Positions 14,061 through 27,075 of a stretch of 64,000 nucleotides of DNA are shown in pieces. The stretch is from Hydrolagus colliei (Eukaryota). The translations under genes were made by a program, and so were the position numbers. The DNA lies in NCBI GenBank assembly GCA_035084275.1, contig CM068749.1:17546001-17610000 (forward strand), in the 5' to 3' direction. Under the pieces are notes generated by a model, which did not search any database, was not told where the DNA came from, and was given only the letters and a program-made list of their open reading frames with translations. Position 1 is the first letter of the stretch. Every line of letters begins with the position of its first letter.

Positions 14061-16849
14061 TGCGATAAGTCAGTTGCTAATTCTAAAAGCCAGTGCACAT
14101 AAATATATATTCTACATTTAAAATATATAACAGAGCGATTGTGATCATTTTGCACTTCATCTTTTGAAATGAAAGTACAGTGCATGAAAATCTTCTATTC
14201 CTTTTCCATCAAGACAACATCATATTTCAGAAAATCTCACCAATGCAATAAGAACAACAGGCTTTAGACAATCCAAAGAAACTCATATACATTCAGCTGG
14301 AATCAAATGCAAAGTAATTTTTCTCTTTGTTTTGATTGCAACCAATTATTAGCCCAAGCTTTAAACCTAGAGTACTTTCCAACTGTCCTAATCTTATCCA
14401 AGCCCTCAGGAAAGTAAAAGATTTTTTTTCCTGCAGTTCTAATCAGATCCTGCTTTGCAAACGTACCATTAAACAGCATGATGGTGCCTCTTAACAGGAA
14501 CCAAAAGGGAAATCTACTTTACACACAGAGTGACCTGTAATACAGTTATGCACCCACCCAAGTAAAAAAAGGGAAAAATTAGAGTCAGAATTTACATTCT
14601 AAGGGAAGGTAGTGAAAAGGGCAATGAAACCCAGACCTGATAGGATTCCAATCTTCTCCAGGAATAAACGTATAGCACACCATTATAAAACAAAAGCTTA
14701 ACTTCATCTTTGTGTCATGAGAAGGCATTTACAGACCTTCTGAGTGTGAAAGCTTTAACATACAGTACTTGTGATTCTAATGGTAAATTTTCTCTTTCTG
14801 TTTTGAACAGGGAACTCAGTGGGTATAATGAAAACTAGTGAATTGTTTTGTTATCGTACGGTGGAAAAATACCCTTAACGGGCTTTTGATTGCCTTTGCT
14901 CATAATGAATCACAATCCTGATAAATTGTACTCACTGCAATGACTGTAGAAATATCTACCGCATGGATAAATAGCAAGCATCCCGTGCACAAGGATTTAT
15001 TTTTTAAACAAATTAAAAACTGAAAGAGGATACAGCACATAATTTTTTAAATTTTTTTAAATAATAATCCTAGTCACGTTGCTGGAAAGGCTCAAAGTGC
15101 ATCACACGGTTTTCCTGTAAAATGTAGTGACTGTGAATTTGACCAGCAAATTGAACTCCTACAAATTTTTAATGAAGAATTTTAAACAACAATTAAGAGT
15201 GAGTTGATTAGCGATGCATATCCAATTCTGAGCTAAATTGGAACACTCTTGTTAAATAACAAATATGTTTTCCTTAACTGGATTCCTTCAATATTTTAAA
15301 TCTCTTACTCTTATACCATTAAAAATTATTGTGCTCTAACACATGCCCCCCCCCATCCCCTGATCAAAATAAAACTACTGTATAACCCAAAACAATTTCA
15401 TGAATAAGGTAAAAAGAGTCAAAATCTAAGCCAAGGTGAGGTAAAGGTTCATATATGAAAAAAGAGAGCAAAGCTGGGTCCTTTCTTTAGAATACTAGTG
15501 GTTGGCAACATATGTGACACAAGTAATACTGTGTCATGCCCTGACCTGCTCTAAATACGTCTAGCCATAAGGGCTTGTTCACTTTGGTAAATGACCTTTT
15601 GTGACTCCCTGATACTTGTAGGAAATTTTGTTTGAAGGCTTCTTATGTCAGTTCTGCTTCAGGGGTCACAAGTCACAAGCTCCACATGCTGTTTGAACAA
15701 TTTTCCCAGCAGCAAACATGTTATTGGACAGTGGAGTCTAATCAGGTAATGACAGGCTGACCATTATTTATTTAAATAAACACAGGAAGACTGTTTCCTG
15801 GCATTGTCCATCTAATTCAGTATTATTTTTATCTGAAAAAAGGCTTCATAATACAGCATTGCCAATCTACTTTAATATTCCATGAAGACTCTTATTTTTG
15901 CAGGCGCTCTTCCAGAAAACTGATTTTATGCTTTTTTTTATTATTAATGCCATGATTACAACATTTCACAATTAATTAACTGCAGGTCATTAACATTGTA
16001 GGATTTCTGAAAAAAAATGGGTCACTTTTACTCAATTTACTCTCATTTCCGCAATCATTTTTAATACATAAGCTGGTATCTACACCACTTGAATTTGGTT
16101 TACAAAGCACGTTGGAAACCAACTGTGAATTTACAGCATTAATGATGTGAAATGTTGCTTATATTTTCACCCCCAAACTGCCCACTTTCCAACTTCTCCA
16201 GTTACTGGGCTAATCAATTGGTAATTCAATATTCAGTTAATGAATGGACCCAGACAATTACTAACTGATGTGTATTTACACTGGTAATCCAATTCAGTTG
16301 AATAATAGAAATGTGCCTATAGCATTTAAAGTAAGTCAGAATTTGGTTACACAGTCCTTTTTCAAATTAAGTGCGGGCATAGAGTAAGGTTCATTTGGCA
16401 GATCCAGCTGAACTTGATCAGGGAGCTAAAGATCTGAAGGATTGGACACCCTAATTACGATATATCAGGCCAGCTGGTTTTTAATGTATATTTTACAACT
16501 CAAGAGGAAAATGTCAGTGGGCATTATTTATACAAACTTTAAGGGTCACAATCAGGCTAAAGGTAGGGTGTGGAATTTTAAATGGATATTTTCAGCGTTC
16601 AGGGTTATTATTTTGGTTTCATGTGAGGCTCATAATGCAAATAGAAGCTCTCTTTGAATTTCAGCCTCTGTGAAGAAATGAAATGCAAAATGTGTTTCAC
16701 CCATCACAGAGACAATGCTAGGTTTGGATCATAATTTGCAGTGAAAAATCATGTTTCTATCCCCACCTGCACTATAATTTGGTTAGATGTGTAACAAGGT
16801 TGGATCAATGCATAATGTGCAATAAGGAAGAATGGTGCAATGTCTACAG

Positions 16850-17118
16850 GAGTCAGTCAACATGGCTCAGTTGGTAGCTCTCTTGCCTGCATCAGTCCCA
16901 TTCACCTAAACAAAACTAAAATAATAATAATAAATCTGTCATTTCAATCCACGACTGTTTGTGCGACATTGCTGTGTGCAATTGGCGGTCGTGTTTTGCC
17001 CACATACATACAGTCAATTCACATACATACAGTCAATTTACAGTATATTGTGTGAAGCGCTTTGGGATGTCTAGAAGACGTAAAAAGCACTATATTAAAT
17101 GCAGGGATTATTATTATT
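16850..17118 (+). mobile_element. SINE of the same body/tail family, preceded by a different tRNA-like head fragment
   Basis: tggctcagttggtagc at ~16863, body tgtttgtgcgacattgctgtgtgcaattggcgg, tail agcgctttgggatgtctagaagacg..gattattattatt. Confidence 0.85.
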
Positions 17119-19524
17119 TTCACGTCTTCTAGATGTCTCAAAATGCTTAGAATCCAAAGCACAAAAATGGTGAGTTTGCTGTCAAAACATAGTCTTAGTG
17201 TTTATTTTGGTGAGTGAGCTATTCTATACAATAAAATTCAAAATCATATATGGCAGCCAGGCTATTGGGTGCAGGTGGGCTAGTGCTTGGAATAAGTTCT
17301 CTTTATTAAAAAAAAAATTTGTTGGAAGTCTGGAGGTAAGCCAATGTTTCACTTCGCCATTAAATTCTCCAATTAATTTATCTGTGTGTGTCTAGTTGCA
17401 GGATGAACAAGTTTGGAAAGTTCAGACTGCAGAAAACCAGAATTGCAAATTAAGCCTTGCTAGTCTGGTTGACTCGTTCTTATTCTGTTTATCAATTTTT
17501 AGTATGGTTTTCAAGGACTAACCACTCAGCAGAGGAATTTGGGATCCATTGTGCATTATTATTAACCAACATCACATCACAAAATTTTAGTAACACTAAA
17601 TTATACTTCATAAGCCATAAGGCTGTTCGCTCTACCCTCCACAACATTAAATTGAACATATCTCCAACCATGGGTAATTCCTTACTTTCTATTCATCCTT
17701 ACAAATGGGAAGTTTATGGCTACATTATTGTTGTTGTTGTACATTATGTTGGCATTGAGAGGGCAGATTGGATCTTTTCCAGAGCTTTTTCCAATGTCAC
17801 TTTGTAAACAATCACTAGGATATACAAGAGTTATTGAGGTGACGAACACCATGAATTTCCCCTGTCTAAGTGACACAGAGATTGGTTTCCGTTTACACGT
17901 CTGAAATTTTCAAATCACCATATGAAAAAATGTGGGAGAAAGAAACAAATGCTGACAGAGCACATTGAGATACCAATGTCAGATTTTTAGCTAGACTGGA
18001 TTCAATATTTGAAATAGGCCTATTTGAAATATTTGAAAAGCATTCTATTCATTTCTTGTTTCTGTTTGTCCTCGCTCCCAGCTATATTCATTCTGAATAT
18101 TACATTTTCCTTTTAATCAAAATATTGGAAAATTCTTCCACACCAGAATTGCACAATACATTCAAGTTTGTCTTTATTGCAAGTAATTATGTGTTTTTAT
18201 CTACCAACAGTACTTCTTAATATTCCTGTGAATTATCTCATACTTGCACAAGTAAATGCAAGCACACACGCTGTCAATAAAAATGTTTCTCGTTTCTAGT
18301 TACAGCATGATGTGACATTATGGCAGGGGAACCCCCAAGCTTTTTATTCTAATACCTTCCTGCAAAACAATGACTCGCTGTCAGTTACCATTAGCTTACC
18401 AGATTTCTGTCGTATAGTAAAATAAAAATTGACATATCTCTTGTGCAAACAGTAACAGCGTAAGCATTTATATTAGATAGTTTGCATACAGCAATATAAT
18501 ATTCATCATTGGTCTCATTATAATACACCCCAGAGCGACTCCCATAGGTGCCACTGAAATCTAAATAGGATAATAATACATTTTGGTAGCAGCTTACGCA
18601 CCTATTCGATGTAGCCACATAATTTTAGTGAAAGTGTTGCAAAAACTTACAAATGTTTTCTCTAGATTGAATAAAAATAATTTGGGAATTACATAAAGAG
18701 CTATCAGGATGCAATAGCGAGAACAAATATAATTGCAAATGGTAAATATTTATCATTGAGATTTTTGTGGAATTATGATTGGATACTTTTCATAGCCATT
18801 GAACTTACATGGAGAATGTAAAAAAAACAGAAGAACATGATCTGAGCAGAACAATGTGCTGGCGATGTTACTTATCTTGTTTAATTTACAAGTCCGATAA
18901 AAAGAAATAAATACATGGACAGTTTTCGATGGGATTATTTTTGAAAATGTCGACAGAACTGTGAAGACAGGAAGTCAATTGTTTTAAGTCTGATGAAAAT
19001 GAATGAATTATTGAAGTGACAAATGAAAGTTTTACAGACAGACATATAGACAGACCGATAGGTAAATGGATGGCTCTGGACAGCCGTATGGGACTAATTG
19101 TTGTAGCCACATGGGAAGGGGAATTACAGATGAAACAAAGCCAAACCTACTTTGTGGTTTGGAACATAATCTTGTGTACTGTACAAATGCAATTGTTTTA
19201 CTGTATTAGACTAATTCCATTAAGGGTTTGCCCTACAGCATGACCTTCTCTGAGGGGAGCAGGATTTGAGCAATGCACGTCTGCTTCACAAATATGTTGT
19301 GTTTGCACAGCGGATCTGCAAATGTTAAAGATATGAGGAGGAGATGAGGACACTTGCTGTAAGTATTATGATGAGTTAATGCCATGTTACCAATCAGAGT
19401 AAAAGCAGGTTTACAAGTCAAGCATTTACCAGCTACAATCAACTAAAAAGATCTGCTCTATTACCATAAACTAAACAAAAGCTCATATAGTACAATCACC
19501 CCTTAGGATGATCCTAAACTATAA

Positions 19525-19885
19525 AGACAAGATGGTTCCAGTCTCAATACCCAGTCTATGTTAGCTGACCTTATCTAGGGCATTTGTACAAATTCTACAG
19601 TTGGTTTCATCAACCCAGGATTTGGAGAGAGGAAATCTTACGTGGATTTGGTGCTCCTAATCAATATCCAGTGATCCATGTTGCAATATGAGTGATAGGG
19701 ACATCAGGTAAGGGTGGAATTAGGCTCAATCATGATTTACCCTCCATTGCTATTAAGTCTGCCAACATTTCTGCTTGAAGCTGATTTATGAAGAATAGAA
19801 GGTACCGGGGGTCTAAATGCCTCTGAATCTAAACCCCAGCATCAATCAGAGCCTTGAAGACAGATAGGGCAGGAAAGGAGAGGAG
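19525..19885 (+). mobile_element. Ancient SINE relic, AmnSINE2-like
   Basis: gttagctgacct, gctcctaatcaatatccagtga, atgaagaat and accccagcatcaatcag occur in the same order as in the 35893 copy. Confidence 0.6.
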
Positions 19886-20139
19886 GAATTGGGGATAAAA
19901 TAAGAAGTAGGACATACATAGTAACTCGTAACATTGCACAGAAAAAAAAGATGTTGAAGAGATTGATACCTTGATCGTGTCACAGCAGTCAACTGAATTC
20001 ATTTAGTGTCAGACAGTATAACCCTACATGCCAAATAGAACAAGTCCTCCAAGAGGGAAAAAATGCTCAATTTCAGATCTATTGAAGTAGATGTTTGAAA
20101 CTATCTTCTCCACTCCCCACGTCACCTCCACTCCTCCAA

Positions 20140-20161
20140 ACACACACACACACACATACAC
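20140..20161. repeat. (CA)n microsatellite
   Basis: acacacacacacacacatacac. Confidence 0.9.
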
Positions 20162-21064
20162 ATCCATTGAGACTACACGGGGACAAATACAACTGTGATG
20201 TTACTGAAGGACCACTGGTCACACCATCCTGAGACTGATCTTCTTATCAATCTGAAAACTATAGTAGCAAATGTGAAATTTTGTGATTGCAGTCACTATA
20301 ATCAATGATTGCTGATACGCACCATTTCCTACTCACCAGAATCAATAATGAAACCCCAGTAACTATTACATTTCAAACAAGCCTTTAATACATTTTTGAA
20401 TTATAATCCACCATTGTGTATGTAGTGGCAGTAGGCTGCAGTGAAGTACGTCCCCTAGCTAATTACTAGAGGCATTCATTAATGCAATCAATGTAGACTA
20501 TTCTACTGCAACTAAGCCCTAATCATTAGAAACAGTGCAATGCACATGTGTCACATCAGACCTTTTCAGCATTCAATTTCTTTTTGCATTTCCAAGAGCC
20601 TGACTACATTTTCTATCAGCAGCCATTATTCTATATCTGCTTCCTATACGAGTGCCGCATAAGTACCAATTATACAGCATACAGCACGATATCCTCTACA
20701 GGTTGGAGGTCAGAAGTAACACTTCATACAATCACGCACAGCAACAATTAAATGTGATGTCATTGACATTTTAAGCATACTGCTCAAAACATGATTAAAA
20801 TTAAACCAATTACTGTACTAAAGCAATTGTTTTGAAGTACTGTATAAAAAGGAAATGGCTGTCATTCTCTTTTCCCCCAATGGTCTGACGAGCTTCACAT
20901 TTAGCTGTACAGAGCACAAGTTCATCGGGTTGATTCCTGGTTTATCCTGGAAAACAGACGCGCTAAAAGAATCCTGCTCCCGTTTGTTAACCAATGATTC
21001 TTGCTGGATACTGTACATATTGAGAAAATGAATCCACAATTATATTTTAGGATGCACCAAACAA

Positions 21065-21230
21065 ATAGAACAAGAGGGCGTAGATTTAGAGTTGCAAATG
21101 GCAATTTCAGGCACCACAAACCAGTTCTTTAACCTAAGGCAGAATGGACAAAACAGGTTTCTAGGAAAGGTGGTTGAAGCCAGACCACTGGACTCATTGA
21201 AAAACAGGTTTACGCTAAGATTGGAAGACT
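21065..21230 (+). mobile_element. CR1 LINE 3' relic
   Basis: RGxRFRV..G.F...NQFF...KVVEA..LDSLKNR-like remnant on the + strand. Confidence 0.6.
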
Positions 21231-24200
21231 GTGGGAAGTTGTACTGGAAGGATGAGATAAGGTGGGGCATATGGTTTTCTTTATCACACAAACCTATTGT
21301 GTGATCCTCTGCATGTGGGTTGCAAATGTTACATTAGGCTCAGCTGTGATGCTTCCATGATTGAATAACCTGCGAAAATTCACCTTCCAGTTTAAAAATG
21401 GACACTTAGGTGATTTACTGGAGGGTTCTAAGAAAAAATAAACAAGGAGTAGAATGTATTGCCTTCAATGATGCCTCTGAGTATAACTGAGGATTAATAT
21501 CAGATACATTATCCATGGACTAACACATAATTATTATCTAGCCTTAATAGGTGTTAATAGTACATAGTTCATGAATAGAGATCTGGTGTAAGACAACTGT
21601 AGCTGAGACCTTAGCATTGCATTCACTTTTCCTTATACTGTACATAAAAATTGTTCTCATATCTTAGACTGTTCACTCAAATTGCAGAATATTCACACTT
21701 TTATGGTAATGTTTGTATTTGTATTCAGTGCCTTGGGACTGAAGTGCCTCCTGACGTGAAAGGCGCTAAACAAAAATGTAAATGCAATTTGTTGTTACTG
21801 AGGCCTTGAACAATACGACATTGGCTGCTGAAAGTGAAATGAAATATTGTTGACTCAAATGATACTGTTTGATATTGGTGCTGAAACATTTATCAATGTC
21901 ATGCAATTGCGATTGAATGGTTAACATTTGAAAGCCCAAACTGTGGAAATGAATTGTTTAGAGAACTCCCAGTCTGTTATTCTCATGCTTTTCATATGGC
22001 GCATACACAGTAGTCCATCAATATTGCACTAGCAGATAAATATGATGATAGTGAATGCCTAATACTGGTAGTTTGATACAGGTTTTACTCCACTCATGAA
22101 GCTGACCTGTGCAATTCACTCTCAGCATTTGAACTGCACTTTGTGATTCAACACCGAATGGTTCTGACCAGTCATAACAGAACAAATGAAATGCCCTTTC
22201 CATAACATACCCCTTTGCCGTAATATGAATATTTAATACTCTCAAAGATTCTACATTATTCAATAACAATCCTAACACTGTGATTACGTAGAACTCTACA
22301 CTGAAATGAATACTACAGTGAAGTGTTGCAGTGTGAAGTGTGTGCAATAATTAATTAAAACAGCCTTTCATCCGCACTATTTATAGACGAAACGTGCAAC
22401 TTCATAACAATTAGGGTATCGCCAGGAACTGGATTACATTTGAATTGCCTTTTCTGATCATATACAGTATGTAGCGTATGGATATTTACAAACCTGCCAT
22501 GGCTAAATTCCACCTGTTTGTGTTGTTCTGAACTACATCACAGCAAGAATTACATGCGTACCTGCATTGACAATGTCAATCACGAGTCTTAATGAGTAAC
22601 TAACGAGTTAATGTTCTACTTGAAATAAAATTTCTCTTGACAGGCTTACTGTGGGCTCCCTTTTCAATTCTTTATGTCAGGCAAAATCACCAATACACCA
22701 TGATGGGGGATGTTGAGCAGAAAGAAAAGAAATGTAGCTGGGAGGAAATCAAGTGCGCACAGAGTTTTCATGCTGACGTTCAGGTAGAATGTCAAAGCTG
22801 GGTATCTCTGAACAAAATCTTAATAATTAACAGCCACAATTTAACATGATCTCTTCTGGCACACCCACACTGGTAATTATTGCTTTAAGGCCATTTGCTA
22901 ATGAAATTAATGTATTCATTGCCCTAACAAATTAGTATAACTCGTACATAATGCCCTGCATTTGTGACCTCTCAGTAAGAGGTTCCCAAAATACCACCAG
23001 AATTAAATGGCAAGAGCATTAAATGGAGGCTGTATTCACTGGAGTGTTGTATGTATCTAACCACAAAGGATGTTCTCTTTAAAATGCAGAATACATCTGA
23101 TGACAGTATAAATGAAACCCTAATTAATATAAGCTCAGTTTTGTGGACTAATGATATTGTTGTGCAGCAAATTTATTGTTAGTTATGTGTCTGCAAACAT
23201 TGGGCTGACAATTAACGTAACTAATATTATGGAAATTGATTTTTACTGAAAAAGGAACTTTGGCCTTTTAGTCAATTACATCTTATGCATTATGGGCTGG
23301 CATTTATCTTGAATATGTTTGGTGAGCAACATGAAAAGCAAAAGGCACTAACACAATATTACAAAGTAAAATCTGTATAGAATTTGATTGCATACAAACA
23401 AGATAATATTGAAATTGTATTCACAAGGTTAATTAATATGTTTTGTTCCCTTTTGATCCTCAAAATGCATGTGTGTGCCAGCATGTGTAACACAAACAAC
23501 GATATGTTTGCATCATTTTATTCTTTCAATAGAATTATCTCTTTAAAAACTAATATTTAGCCTAAATGTTGCAGTTTCCAAGCCACCCTGGTTAGCTAAG
23601 AATTGAGTTAAATAAATGAACAGGGATATTACACTTGCTGTTGTTAATAGAATGATAGAACTGCAGCTAATCTGTTCTTTGTTCCGAGAATGATATTACA
23701 GATAAACTCACTCCATTTTCCTCCGTGTGAACTGGTTGGTTATTACCTTCTAACAATGGATAACAAATAAAAAGATATATGTTTTTTAGAGAACAGAGAA
23801 TCATGAAACTAAGTGAAATGTCTAAATCTCATTGCGAATTGTATTTTCACAGGTTTCATAAAGTCTCAAAACATCAAGCATTTATTTTTACAAGGTGTAG
23901 GAGTTTGTTTTCCAATAATGTGCCTCTTGGAGTGAAAACTGATAAAGAAAGAGTGTTGTGTTCCATCTATCCTTTTTAGACGGGTATACACTGCATTCAT
24001 TACAGTCCTGTTGTTACATCTGCACGGGATGAGCACTAAACCAAATTCTGAATGCAAAGTGACCCAATGGTACCATACAGATGCAAGGACAAAATGTCTG
24101 TCTACATATGTGTTTGATCATATTTACAAAATATGTCTAGATATTAATCCTGATAATCCAGTGAGGGATGGGACACAGCCTCCTTGTGTGTTATCAGATC

Positions 24201-25698
24201 TATGATAGTCTTGTGGTCAGATGGCACCATGGTGCTAATGCATTTCTCCAATCATCATGTATAGGAAAGAGGGAAATAGCTTTGTGTTGGTCATGTATCA
24301 ATCCATTCCCTAGAATTCCATTATGGGAGGATTGTATTGACTGATAACGGTGAAGAACCCATCTAATCTCCACAAGAAATAGAAAAAGGGGGAAAAGAAA
24401 GAGAGAAATTTTGCATTCAAAGTTTTTTTTTTGAACACTCAGAAAATAGGTGAAACATTCTACCTGGTTCGTGTTCAAAGAAATGACGAGTGAGTGAATC
24501 TTCCCTTCTCTCCCTCCATTATCTTCCTCCTCCCAGATAATTCATTTTGCAATTTGGTTCTATGTGCTTTGCACATACTTTACCCAAGTGTGATCTACAG
24601 CAACAACAACAACTTGGATTTATATAGCGCCCTCTACGCCAGACGGCATCTCAGAGATCAGGGAGGATATTCAACTATGGTGAACGAGGAATTGATACCC
24701 AAGCTCAAACCTCCCCTCATCCAATGTCTGTATCTATGCATCTTATCCTATATCCAGAAATGCTGGTGCCCAGCTGAGATTATCTAAATCAGCATCAGAT
24801 ATGGATTGATTCTATATATTTTACCACTGAAACATTTTAGATTAGGAATAAAGTGATTCATGGGAACATAAAACATTTGTTATATGAACATTAGGGTAAA
24901 AAGGCAATAATAAAGGAAATGGCAACAAATATAATCCACATTTTGTTAAATTCTGCACAAATTCCTGTGGTTATTGTGGTTTAAGAATTATCAAGTCACC
25001 AAATGTATAATAGTATAATATCATCTTAAATTAAGTTCATGGAGTAATTTAAAACAAATTTTCTAACAGTTATGCCAATAAATAGGACCAAAATTAAGGT
25101 TCACGTGTAAGCTTAAAAACATCTGTAAAACATCTCAAATAATTAGAAATAAATTGACAATCATAGAAAAAAGCACCTACATTTCGAAGACAATCAAAAT
25201 TTCAATGTTATGTTGATTTAAATTTTGGTGAGTCTATCACTCATTATGATGGCTTCAGATAATGAGGAATATTGATGTTTCACTGCAACTAAATAGCGGG
25301 TACCTCACATGCTGAAGTTGAAAAGGATTCGTACAGCACTTAGATGCATTCATATGTAGATATGGCATGGTAAAGCTCACATTGGAGTGCACATTATTTA
25401 AATGTTAGACACAATGTCAATTTTAATGTAATGGCAGACAGCACTCACATCTCACAAATGCTGATATGACTCAAAAGTCCATTACATCACTTTAATTGCA
25501 AGTGGTCCCCCAGGATAATAAGATTTAAACATTTTTAGCACTCAATCTTGAGTATCATTGGCAATATTTATTTTTATAGCTCCTAATACAATTATTTGTT
25601 TTTAACTAACAGAAAATCTTATGAAGATAGAATAAATACACTTATCTTGTGTGCATTATCCCCCGCCCCTCCTCCATTGCTGGCATACAGTAACTTAC

Positions 25699-25746
25699 CT
25701 CAGCTGTGCACACTTTACATCTTGGCCTTCTTTCATTCCTGAAGCC
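25699..25746 (-). CDS. Internal coding exon completing the RING-CH finger (last CxxC pair)
   Basis: Minus strand reads gttttttgtgtgtgcag|GGC TTC AGG AAT GAA AGA AGG CCA AGA TGT AAA GTG TGC ACA GCT GAG|gtaagt. 48 nt, phase 0/0, GFRNERRPRCKVCTAE. In frame with the previous exon and supplies the two missing Cys ligands. Consensus donor. Confidence 0.88.
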
Positions 25747-26807
25747 CTGCACACACAAAAAACTCCCATTCATGAGAAAAACGGAAGAGGACATTTCTAT
25801 GTTGTGTTAATATAAATTGGCGTTGCTATGACTGCACAGCAGTTTACAGACCCTCAATCAATCATATAGCCCTCAATAATTGCGGTGGCATTCTACAACA
25901 AGCCTTTAATTGCAGTTTACCTTGGTCTCAAGTTTGGTTAAAGATCCTCTTCCATTCCCTGAATATAAAAACGCTCCATCAGCATTTTTGAAATGTCTCT
26001 AATTTTGTCACTAATACTCATCATTGCAGAAAATCAATGTTGCAAATATGAAGAAAACAGGTGCAGTCTCTGGAAGGTGCGCTTGAGATGAAGTAATTAA
26101 AGGATTAAAGTGCATGACTCCTGAGTAATGTCACTTTTCAAGGAACAGTCACATCAGACGGTCTGTTTATTTTGAACATGATTACACTGATAGCAGTGAT
26201 GGAGCTTATGTTGTTTTATATTAAACTAATTTGAAGTACTGCGTCTGGACAGTCCCCTGGTGCCAGTTCCAAACCATTTAACATTTTTTATTGGCGCACT
26301 CCATAAAATCTTGGTTACAAACCATTATGAATTTGCATGCATGACCCACTTTGACGACTGTCATCAAAGACAAATGACCCAAGTTATGGATAAAGTCAAG
26401 AGCTGATTAATTTACTATGAAAATCTATCAGGCTGTAGTGTTCGCAACTATCTGTTCGAACCACTGCATAAACATAACCCGTTGTAGTAATTCTCTTCAA
26501 ATGCCCCATAGCTGAAAGGTACATATAAGTGGATGTTAATGCATTGTGCATATAGAGATAAAAAATGAAGCATCTGTTTACAAGACTGGTTTGTAAATCA
26601 TTCACCAGCACTCAACTAATCCCTGGTCTGCAACAAAAACTTCCCCTGGCTGATCCAGTCTAGTTCTGTATTGACATTTCATTTTGTAACTGTATGACCC
26701 AAAGTTTGCCCTAAATCAGCTGACTTTAAGCACTTTGAGACATCCTCCCAACGTGAAAGGCGCAATATAAATGTAAATTGTATTGTACTGTATTGAAGCG
26801 TGACAAC

Positions 26808-27075
26808 CACAGAGGGAGCTATAATTGTCTTCAGTGCTCCTGGGTTAGGAAAGGGAAAAACATTTCCATTGCCAATTGCTTTCCAGCAATCCCTGTGTCA
26901 GTGTTGTTGGGTGAGGACCGTATGGCTAGTACTCAGGCTTAAGAGTCTTCATTTTCGTGAAGCATTCGTTCAGGTTCACACTTGGAAGAATGGCCATTCA
27001 CATGAAATATTGGAGAGAGTCTGTGCAGATGTTTCCCGGCATGAATCATCAGCTTCAGTGAAGGCAATGGGAAAA
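26808..27075 (+). mobile_element. Ancient SINE relic, AmnSINE2-like
   Basis: gctataattgtcttcagtgctcctgggttagg, gggtgaggac and gaagaatggcca motifs. Confidence 0.55.

Noticed and set aside
24200-24362. Terminal exon after a strong pyrimidine tract on the minus strand
   Set aside because: The phase-0 reading stops after 13 codons. The open frame is incompatible with the phase-0 donor at 25699.
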